Origin: Chlamydiia bacterium
GTDB lineage: Bacteria; Chlamydiota; Chlamydiia; Chlamydiales; Parachlamydiaceae
Reading direction: 5' to 3'
DNA: 22,207 bases
NCBI GenBank assembly: GCA_038257035.1
Contig: JBBSJT010000027.1
Location: 1-22,207, forward strand
A program made the translations under genes and the position numbers. A model generated the notes under the pieces. That model was not told the DNA's origin. It did not search any database and saw nothing but the letters and a program-made list of their open reading frames with translations. Positions 1 through 7,721 of this stretch are shown one piece after another. Each line of letters opens with the position of its first letter. The stretch's first letter is position 1.

Positions 1-67
1 ATTTAATGCAAAATTAACTTTTCATGAAATAATTTATTTGATACAATTTATAGAGTTAATTTGCTCC

Positions 68-121
68 TTTTTGTCCTCTTTGTCCTTTTTGTCCTTTTTG
101 TCCTTTTTGTCCTTTTTGTCC
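68..121. repeat. Tandem 9-mer repeat (TTTTTGTCC)x6
   Basis: Units at 68-76, 77-85 (one mismatch), 86-94, 95-103, 104-112 and 113-121, just past the ruvA stop codon. Confidence 0.95.
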
Positions 122-129
122 TTTCTCTG

Positions 130-738
130 TTAGCTGATGTTTTGGAGGGCGGCTGTGATGAGAGCGCCAAGATCGGCCGGCTCACCCTCTTTCAATGTCT
201 TTTTGATCGCTTTTTGGGCTGTCAGTTGATTATAACCAAGATTTATAAGAGCACTCATAGCATCATTTACTTGGTTAGATTTTGAATCTATAGGTATCTG
301 AATCATCAAATCTGCAAATTCTTTGTTTGGAAAGAAGGAAGCTAATTTATCCCGCATTTCGATAATTAAACGTTCTGCTGTTTTCTTTCCTATTCCTGGA
401 ATTTTAGAAATTGTAATAATATCGTGTTGGCTAACTGCAAGATGTAAGGCTTTCATTGTGATGTGACCGACAATACAAAGGGCGACTTTTGGACCAATCC
501 CTGTTACACCCTGTAAAGCTTCAAATAAATCTCTTTCCTCTGAAGACAAAAACCCATAAAGAGTCTGGGAATTTTCGCGGACAACGAATGATGTATGAAG
601 CAAAATTTGCTCATTTAATGGAGGAAGTTTGGAAAATAAACTTACAGGGGTATTAATTTTATAGCCGATACCTGCTGTTTCTATAATTACATTTAAAACA
701 GAACCTTCGATTAGAAGACCTTTGATGTATGCAAACAT
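130..738 (-). CDS. ruvA: Holliday junction branch migration protein RuvA
   Basis: N-terminal OB fold (MFAYIKG...GIGY), VREN...LYGF, HhH motifs GIGPKVA and PGIGKKTAERL, and C-terminal ALINLGY. Confidence 0.97.
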   Translation of the reverse strand: MFAYIKGLLIEGSVLNVIIETAGIGYKINTPVSLFSKLPPLNEQILLHTSFVVRENSQTLYGFLSSEERDLFEALQGVTGIGPKVALCIVGHITMKALHLAVSQHDIITISKIPGIGKKTAERLIIEMRDKLASFFPNKEFADLMIQIPIDSKSNQVNDAMSALINLGYNQLTAQKAIKKTLKEGEPADLGALITAALQNIS

Positions 739-1236
739 TTAAATTTCCGCAGTTAAAAGTTGATGATAGCGCAGAGAATTGGCATGACAAACAGCAACAG
801 CTAAAGCATCAGCTGCATCCTCGGGAGTTGGGATTTTAGTAAGTTTTAATAAAAGCTGCACCATTTTTTGTACTTCAGCCTTCGATGCGCGCCCATTGCC
901 GGAAACTGCCAATTTTGCTTTTGTCGGAGCATATTCAAATACCGGTATCCCTCGTTTCTTAGCGGCTATTAGAATCACGCCTCTTGCCATTCCAAGCTTT
1001 ATTGCGCTTTGCGGATTTTTGCCGACAAACTGTGTTTCAACTGCCAGACTTTCAGGCTTATATTTATCCAGCAATTCTTCTATGCCATTGTATATAAACA
1101 AGTAACGATCTGTCAGCTTCATATTAATATTTGGTTTGATGCAGCCATAATCAATTAAGAAAAATTCATTAGATTCAAACTTAATGATTCCATACCCTGT
1201 AATGACTGTGCCGGGATCAATCCCCAAAATCAACAT
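739..1236 (-). CDS. ruvC: Crossover junction endodeoxyribonuclease RuvC
   Basis: ILGIDPG, AVE, ARGV, EYAP..K..V.G.G.A.K and PEDAADALAVA catalytic motifs; abuts ruvA. Confidence 0.97.
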   Translation of the reverse strand: MLILGIDPGTVITGYGIIKFESNEFFLIDYGCIKPNINMKLTDRYLFIYNGIEELLDKYKPESLAVETQFVGKNPQSAIKLGMARGVILIAAKKRGIPVFEYAPTKAKLAVSGNGRASKAEVQKMVQLLLKLTKIPTPEDAADALAVAVCHANSLRYHQLLTAEI

Positions 1237-1395
1237 AAAGTTTTCCCTGCAAATTTTGACTTACTTTACAAAAAGCCCTAGTTTTTTGGAAGAGAGAACG
1301 CACTCTATGGCAAAAACTTTCTCTCCACCATAAAAATAGACTTATCTTTTATCGCGAAATGGTGTATTCTAAAAATTAAAATAAAGAGTGTATTT

Positions 1396-2073
1396 ATGCT
1401 ATCCGCCATCTTAAATTTGTTTGGAAGATCTCCATTTGCCCCGCTTCAATCACACATGAGTCAAGTGACAAAATGTGTTGAGCTTCTCAAAACCCTTTTT
1501 ATTGCACTTGAAAAGAAAGATTATGAAGCAGTGCAATCGATTGCAGACACCATGTCAGAGCTTGAACATGAAGCTGACCTGATGAAAAACGATATTCGCA
1601 ATCATCTTCCTAAAAGTCTTTTTTTACCCGTCGACCGTGGAAATTTGCTTGAAGTTTTAGGACTACAAGATAAAATTGCAGGGCTTGCAGAAGATATTGC
1701 CGTTTTATGCACATTAAAACAAATTGTAATGTTGGATTCGTTTAAAGACGATTTTCATGAATTTCTCGATAAAAATGTAGAAACTTTTAAAAGTGCTACT
1801 TTAATTATCAAAGAAATGCATGAACTTCTAGAAAGCTCTTTTGGAGGAGCTGAAGCTCTTAAGGTAAGGGGCATGGTCGATGAAGTATCCTATAAAGAGC
1901 ACGAATCTGACATTATCCAGCGAAAATTGCTTAAAAATTTATTTAAAGCAGAAAATGAAATGAGCTATTCCACTTTTCATCTTTGGCAGAAAATCCTAGA
2001 ATCTCTAGGTGATATCTCTAACTTTTCCGAAAAATTAGCCAGTCGCGTAAGATTGATGTTAGATGTTAAATAA
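1396..2073 (+). CDS. DUF47 / PhoU-like phosphate transport regulator
   Basis: LFGRSPFAPLQSHM N-terminus, repeated EHEAD/EHESD helices; lies directly upstream of a Pit permease, the usual pairing. Confidence 0.9.
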   Translation: MLSAILNLFGRSPFAPLQSHMSQVTKCVELLKTLFIALEKKDYEAVQSIADTMSELEHEADLMKNDIRNHLPKSLFLPVDRGNLLEVLGLQDKIAGLAEDIAVLCTLKQIVMLDSFKDDFHEFLDKNVETFKSATLIIKEMHELLESSFGGAEALKVRGMVDEVSYKEHESDIIQRKLLKNLFKAENEMSYSTFHLWQKILESLGDISNFSEKLASRVRLMLDVK

Positions 2074-2095
2074 TTAAGGAGAATCAAAATTTAAT

Positions 2096-3520
2096 ATGTC
2101 AGTTGAAACAATTTTGTTAATATTAATTCTTTTCGCCGGTTTTTATACAGCTTGGAACATTGGTGCAAATGATGTTGCAAACGCCATGGGAACATCTGTT
2201 GGCTCCGGCGCATTAACTCTTAGACAAGCGGTTATGCTTGCAGCTATTTTTGAATTTACAGGCGCTTTATTTTTTGGATCACATGTTTCCGACACAATCC
2301 AAAGCGGACTTATTAATTCTTCGGTTTTCACAGAAAATCCACTCATTTTAGTTTATGGTATGTTGGCAGCACTTACAGGAACAGGTATTTGGCTGCAAAT
2401 TGCCTCTTATTTTGGTTGGCCGGTATCTACTACCCACTCTATTGTTGGCGGAATTATTGGTTTTGGTGCCATCGTTGGTGGTGTTGATGCAGTTTACTGG
2501 GACAATATATCTTTTATTTTTGCAAGCTGGATCGTCTCTCCTATTCTTGGGGGGCTTGTTGCCTACTTTATTTTCAGCATCTTAAGAAAACAAATTTTTT
2601 ATACCTCGGAACCTGTTCAAAACGCAAAAAAATATACCCCAGTTTTAGTTTTTATTTTTATGATCATCTTGAGTGTAATGATTATGTTTCATGGACTTGA
2701 CCATGTTAGCATCCAATTTACTTTTTTACAGACATTGGCAATTGGTTTTGGAGTGGCTTGCTTTAGCTCCATGTTAAGTTATCTATGGGTTAGGGGAATA
2801 GAAGTGCCAACAGGTTCAAAAGATGCGCAAAATCTCTATAATCCGGAAGTTATTGTAGCTCTTGAAAAAGCAAAAAAACATTTAATTTCTGCACAAAATT
2901 CGAGCAATGGGTCTCATCGCTATCAACTAACTTTGCTTAACGATGAAATTGATCACTTAAGTTCTGCTTATAAGCAACATGAAGATCCTGAATTGACAAG
3001 CCGCGAATACGCGATCGTTGAGAGGATTTTTGGTCGCCTACAGATCATTACGGCATGTTGCATGGCTTTTGCTCATGGCGCAAATGATGTTGCTAATGCA
3101 ATTGGGCCTTTATCTGCTGCAATTAGTGTGCTTCAAACAGGTTTTATTTCAGCATCTGCGACAATACCAGTCTGGCAACTTGGCCTAGGGGGCGTTGGAG
3201 TTGTTGCAGGACTAGCAACTTGGGGATGGAGAGTTATTGAAACCATTGGTCGTAAAATCACAGAACTTACTCCGACACGTGGATTCGCAGCAGAATTTGG
3301 AGCCGCAACAACAGTTGTTCTGGCATCACGTCTTGGACTTCCCATCTCCACAACACATACTTTGGTAGGGGCCGTAGTTGGCGTAGGCCTTGCCCGTGGT
3401 ATTGAAGCTTTGGATTTAAGAACAACAAGAGATATTGTCATCTCCTGGATTGTTACTATTCCGATCGGAGCTGCCATTACAATAGCGATTTTTCACATTC
3501 TTTTAGCAATCTTTGGATAA
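2096..3520 (+). CDS. Inorganic phosphate transporter, PiT family
   Basis: Two GANDVANA signatures, PVSTTH/PISTTH motifs, many TM segments; AAGGAG upstream. Confidence 0.95.
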   Translation: MSVETILLILILFAGFYTAWNIGANDVANAMGTSVGSGALTLRQAVMLAAIFEFTGALFFGSHVSDTIQSGLINSSVFTENPLILVYGMLAALTGTGIWLQIASYFGWPVSTTHSIVGGIIGFGAIVGGVDAVYWDNISFIFASWIVSPILGGLVAYFIFSILRKQIFYTSEPVQNAKKYTPVLVFIFMIILSVMIMFHGLDHVSIQFTFLQTLAIGFGVACFSSMLSYLWVRGIEVPTGSKDAQNLYNPEVIVALEKAKKHLISAQNSSNGSHRYQLTLLNDEIDHLSSAYKQHEDPELTSREYAIVERIFGRLQIITACCMAFAHGANDVANAIGPLSAAISVLQTGFISASATIPVWQLGLGGVGVVAGLATWGWRVIETIGRKITELTPTRGFAAEFGAATTVVLASRLGLPISTTHTLVGAVVGVGLARGIEALDLRTTRDIVISWIVTIPIGAAITIAIFHILLAIFG

Positions 3521-3527
3521 TATCATC

Positions 3528-4022
3528 ATGAAAAAAATATTACTTGTCCTATTTCTTATTTCAAACATTAACCTCTTTGCAGGTGCAATCCTTGATGCAA
3601 AAATTGAGCTTTTAGCAAATAATGCAGACAATAAGTCTATTCAACCCGGTAAAGAAATTACCATCACTGCTACCATAACCAATAAGGGTACAGAAAAAAA
3701 TAAAACGGGACATTTCTATGTCCGATTTGCGTACCCTACACCCCTTGCAGCAAATCCAAAAAGTGAGCTTTTCATTACTGAGAAAATTTTATTGCCTCCA
3801 ATAAATCCCGGTAAAGAAGCCACAATTCAATTTAAAACCATCCAAATGACACCTTCGTTATTTGATTTCGTCAGAAATGACTATGCAATGCGTCAATATC
3901 AGGCAATAGCCGTTATTGAGGACAAACAATACCTCATAGGAACTGCCACGTTGACCTTTTCAGCGCAATACTACCCTGGCCTGCCCCAAGAAATCCCAAC
4001 AGCAGTACCCGTCTCCAACTAA
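3528..4022 (+). CDS. Secreted hypothetical protein, probable Ig-like (CARDB-like) beta-sandwich
   Basis: Start moved to ATG 3528, giving the signal peptide MKKILLVLFLISNINLFA. IQPGKEITITATITNKG and INPGKEATIQF resemble CARDB-type motifs. Confidence 0.6.
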   Translation: MKKILLVLFLISNINLFAGAILDAKIELLANNADNKSIQPGKEITITATITNKGTEKNKTGHFYVRFAYPTPLAANPKSELFITEKILLPPINPGKEATIQFKTIQMTPSLFDFVRNDYAMRQYQAIAVIEDKQYLIGTATLTFSAQYYPGLPQEIPTAVPVSN

Positions 4023-4068
4023 AGCCTGAGTCGCTTTTTTTACCGCGAAAATCACTAGTTGGTGTTGT

Positions 4069-4276
4069 TTTTTTTACCGCGAAGAACGCGAAGGAAGACA
4101 CGAAGGAACGCGAAGAAAGCGCGCTTAAAGCGCGAAGAAGAAAAAAAGTAGATCATAAATTTTTCAAAACTTTATTTTTATAATAACAGTTCACTAAATG
4201 TTGCTTTTACGCGCTTTTAAGCGCGCTTCTTCGCGTGCCTTCGCGTCTTTCTTCTTAGTCCTTCGCGGTAAAAAAA
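4069..4276. repeat. Bipartite inverted-repeat element (T7ACCGCGAAG...CTTCGCGGTA7), arms about 70 bp, AT-rich spacer about 63 bp
   Basis: Left arm 4069-4140 matches the reverse complement of 4204-4276. Arms are built of CGCGAAG-containing units. Lies between convergent genes, so it may also act as a terminator. Confidence 0.9.
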
Positions 4277-4312
4277 TGTAAATAAAAGGGTATAAAATTG
4301 CTCTTCGTGGTC

Positions 4313-5926
4313 CTAGCGCATTTTGGGATCGATCGCATCGCGAAGTGCATCACCAACCAAGGCTATGGATACAAGGAGTGTTGTAAGCAATATTGCAGGT
4401 GGCCAAAGCAGGTAGCTTTCTGCTGGAAATGCGCTTCTACCCTCATCCATCAAAACACCCCAAGAGGTTGAGCCCTCCTCACCAAGGCCTAAAAACGAAA
4501 GACCTGCCTCTGCTGTAATGGCACCCATCATTGCAAACGGCAAAAGTGTTAATAGAGGGGGAATTGCATTTGGTAAGATGTGTGAAAACATGATGTAAGA
4601 ATTACTAAATCCCAGCGCATGGCAACTCTGAACATAGCTTAAATTGCGTTGTTTTAAAAATTCCCCTCTAATATAACGACTAAAACCTGTCCATCCAAAA
4701 AGTCCAATCATGGAAATGACCAGAAATATGGATTTACTTTGTGTAATGGCAATGATCATAAGTAACATAAAGAATGTTGGCATTGCGTCCAATACTTCTA
4801 CAAGACGACTGGTAATAATATCAAACGTTCCCCCATAATAGCCTGAATAAGATCCTATGGGTATCGATATTAAAAGTGATAATCCGACAGCTAAAATACC
4901 GACCACCAAAGAAACTCTAACACCAAAAATTAAAGCCGAAAGCATATCCTTGCGATTGATTCGACTCAATTCCCACCAAGGGAGGGTTTGATTTAAATTT
5001 TGCTCACCTCCCGCATCATCTTCAAAATGAAAATCACGAATTAATGGCATTACAAGATAACTTAATTTCGCCCCTTGCTCATTTAACCAGCTGTTTTGAT
5101 CTTGAATGTATTTTAATGAAGCTTTTGCACTTAAATCATTTGGATTGTCACGAAGTGTCTCTGTTAATTGCTCGATTTTTTGGCGTTGATTTTCCTGATT
5201 TGTGTTCCATAATGTTGGTATTTGAATTTTAGCCTTCAAGATCTTTTCAGGAATCTCTTTTATTCCCATAACTTTTAACTCTTCTAGATTAGGAAGATCA
5301 TTTAAAGCGACCCCCTGACGTAAAAGCGCTGCTCGTTTATCTCTTGCAGCCATTTCCATCAAACGATTCATCGCATTTTCTTCATATACTTCTTTGTAGA
5401 CACTTAATCGATCATTTTGTCTTTTTAAAAGCTTATCATTAAGTAGAAGATCCAATTTTTTGTAAGGGGTCATATACTTTAAATCAAATGTAAAACTTGG
5501 AAAATTTACACCATCTTGAAGTGCTTCTCGTCTTGCTTGGCTTAAAGCAATATTTTGTGCTGGGTCCTGCGGTTTAGAAAGAATCAAGTATAAAAATAAA
5601 CCAAATTGAAAGCCAAAAATGATCAAAAAAATAGTGAAGTAAATTTTTTTTCTATTTTTAAATAAAATGTAGTTAAGACACATCACGGGGAAGGTAAACA
5701 TCAACAAATTGAAAAATAGATCTAACGATTTTGTGTAAAAACCTGAAAAAAACAAATAACGAAAAAGAGGAAAATACCATTCGCCATCGTAATTGACGAC
5801 TAAAGGCTTACTGGAAGCAAGTATTGGCGCGTAGATACCGACAAGGCAAAATATAAGGATCACATACATTGAAATGTATCCAAGGCGATGCTTTTTAAAA
5901 TTTTCAAATATCGTTTGCGTATACAT
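4313..5926 (-). CDS. oppC: Oligopeptide ABC transporter permease, OppC/DppC type (long form)
   Basis: FKKHRLG N-terminus, GVRVSLVVG, EAA-like loop (YVQSCHALGFS...HILPN), EAGLSFLGLG, and C-terminal GDALRDAIDPK. Confidence 0.9.
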   Translation of the reverse strand: MYTQTIFENFKKHRLGYISMYVILIFCLVGIYAPILASSKPLVVNYDGEWYFPLFRYLFFSGFYTKSLDLFFNLLMFTFPVMCLNYILFKNRKKIYFTIFLIIFGFQFGLFLYLILSKPQDPAQNIALSQARREALQDGVNFPSFTFDLKYMTPYKKLDLLLNDKLLKRQNDRLSVYKEVYEENAMNRLMEMAARDKRAALLRQGVALNDLPNLEELKVMGIKEIPEKILKAKIQIPTLWNTNQENQRQKIEQLTETLRDNPNDLSAKASLKYIQDQNSWLNEQGAKLSYLVMPLIRDFHFEDDAGGEQNLNQTLPWWELSRINRKDMLSALIFGVRVSLVVGILAVGLSLLISIPIGSYSGYYGGTFDIITSRLVEVLDAMPTFFMLLMIIAITQSKSIFLVISMIGLFGWTGFSRYIRGEFLKQRNLSYVQSCHALGFSNSYIMFSHILPNAIPPLLTLLPFAMMGAITAEAGLSFLGLGEEGSTSWGVLMDEGRSAFPAESYLLWPPAILLTTLLVSIALVGDALRDAIDPKMR

Positions 5927-5969
5927 CTACCAATCTCCAACTTATTTTTATTTAACCAAAGAGACTAAC

Positions 5970-6217
5970 CACTATGAGGGATTTTTTTACCGCGAAGACC
6001 GCGAAGAAGCGCAGCTTAAGCTGCGGGAAGAAACGCGAAGAGGCGCGCTAAAGCGCGTTAGAGTAAGGTGTTGTTTCGCGCTGTTTAAGCTAAACTTCTT
6101 CGCGCTCCTTCGCGCCTTTCTTCGCGGCCTTCGCGGTAAAAAAATCCAACATAGCCGTTTAACTCAACACTATATTCACATACAACACCCTCTGTGGTAA
6201 AAAATTCCCTCATAGTG
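5970..6217. repeat. Nested inverted-repeat elements between oppB and oppC
   Basis: Inner IR 5979-6147 (GGAT7ACCGCGAAG...CTTCGCGGTA7TCC). Outer IR CACTATGAGGGA.T6ACC at 5970-5991 and 6196-6217. Confidence 0.9.
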
Positions 6218-6221
6218 CTCA

Positions 6222-7721
6222 TTATTCCAGGGTGACACGCGGGTCTAAAAGCGTGTAGGCGATATCTGCTGCAAGATGACCAAGAAGGCTTAATACTGAT
6301 CCTGCAATTGCAGAAAACATAATCACATTATAATCACGATTTAAAATGGCATCATAAAAAAACTTACCGAATCCATTAATCTCAAACAACGTTTCCACAA
6401 TAAGCGCCCCCCCTAAAATTAAACCAAAAGAGCCTGCAAGGCTCGTCACAATAGTAATTGAGGCATTTCTTCCAATATGTTTTACCAGTACCGATAATGG
6501 TGAAACCCCTTTTGCCCAAGCCGTACGCACATAATCTTGTCTCATAACTTCCAAAATGGCTGTTCTTGATAATCTTGATTGTGAAGCCAAGCTTCCATAC
6601 ATAATGGCAACAATGGGCAAAAAAATGTGTTTGGAAACATCTATCAGCCGCTCTAAAGATGTTTGATTTAAATAAATGGCATCAGGGCTTGTAAAGCCTG
6701 TGTAGGGTATGGGAGTGTTCGTAAAAGGAAAATGTCCATTTAAGGCAATCTTTTCGATTAAAAAAGGTGCGACAACAAAAACGGGGATCGCAAAAAGTAT
6801 TAAGAAAAAAACATTCAAAACAATATCCGGCAATTGGTTTTGTTTAAAAGCCATCAGAAAACCAAAGACTTGACACAAGAAAAAAACGGCCAACATGGGC
6901 AGCAAAGAAAGGGTTAAAGAATATTTAAAGCGTTTTGTAACTTCTGAAATCACTGTTTTATTCGGATCATTGCGCATGGCGCCAAAATCTAAGGTAAAAA
7001 CCCTGCTCATGTACCGATAGAACCTTGTATCAAAGAAAAAAATGGCAATCTTTTCTTTAAAATTTGGCTCAAAATGATACGCTATTTTGTTTTCTCCATA
7101 CCATTTTTTTAAATCGTTGAATTTCTTTTCTGTTATTTCAAGGCTTTCACTTTTTAATGGTGTTAAATTCCTTAAAAACTCATTGTCTTTTCCAATTTTC
7201 TTATTATATTGCCTTTGTTCATCGGTTAAATCTCCTCCAAGATAAGCTTGGCGAGTTCCTCCCCTGATGAAAAATTTGGCTGCAAGCTGTCTTATTTCAA
7301 TAGGCTTATTTGAATCTTCCATGACATCTAAAAGAGGCTTCATAATAAAGCGTGCTTGATCACCAAATAAAATGCGTGTTGTATCATATTCTTTAAAGCT
7401 CATTTCCTCTTGTGAATCGGGTGTTGCTTTCCTTGTTTCAAGCTTTTCAAGGGTTCCAATAACTTGGGAGTTTGAAATTGAAGGCCATCGATTGTATAAT
7501 ATGGGTAGGGTTAGTCCATAAAATTCACGAAATTGTAAATAGCGATCATCACTTGAAAAGGCAGCTGCCCGATCTTCTTTTCTTGAAGCGCCCCCCTCTG
7601 ATACCTCCGTAACTGTAGTTGGGTCTCCGGGAGCTAAGTTAATAATAATAAAGTTGACCAAAATTATAAAAAACAAAGTAATCGGTAACAAAATTAAACG
7701 TCTGACCAAATAATTAAACAT
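6222..7721 (-). CDS. oppB: Oligopeptide ABC transporter permease, OppB/DppB type (long form)
   Basis: MFNYLVRRL...LAPGDP, QDYVRTAWAKG, ETLF..NGFG, RDY, and C-terminal LDPRV. Confidence 0.92.
   Translation of the reverse strand: MFNYLVRRLILLPITLFFIILVNFIIINLAPGDPTTVTEVSEGGASRKEDRAAAFSSDDRYLQFREFYGLTLPILYNRWPSISNSQVIGTLEKLETRKATPDSQEEMSFKEYDTTRILFGDQARFIMKPLLDVMEDSNKPIEIRQLAAKFFIRGGTRQAYLGGDLTDEQRQYNKKIGKDNEFLRNLTPLKSESLEITEKKFNDLKKWYGENKIAYHFEPNFKEKIAIFFFDTRFYRYMSRVFTLDFGAMRNDPNKTVISEVTKRFKYSLTLSLLPMLAVFFLCQVFGFLMAFKQNQLPDIVLNVFFLILFAIPVFVVAPFLIEKIALNGHFPFTNTPIPYTGFTSPDAIYLNQTSLERLIDVSKHIFLPIVAIMYGSLASQSRLSRTAILEVMRQDYVRTAWAKGVSPLSVLVKHIGRNASITIVTSLAGSFGLILGGALIVETLFEINGFGKFFYDAILNRDYNVIMFSAIAGSVLSLLGHLAADIAYTLLDPRVTLE

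Noticed and set aside
61..285. 74-aa ORF with LFV repeats
   Set aside because: Translation of the 9-mer tandem repeat, and antisense to ruvA.
5874..6200. 108-aa Arg-rich ORF
   Set aside because: Runs through the nested palindromic element on the strand opposite the opp operon; its composition is explained by the repeats.
4035..6217. CRISPR array interpretation of the repeats
   Set aside because: Repeats are inverted and built of 8-9-mers, not direct repeats with regular unique spacers; no cas genes.
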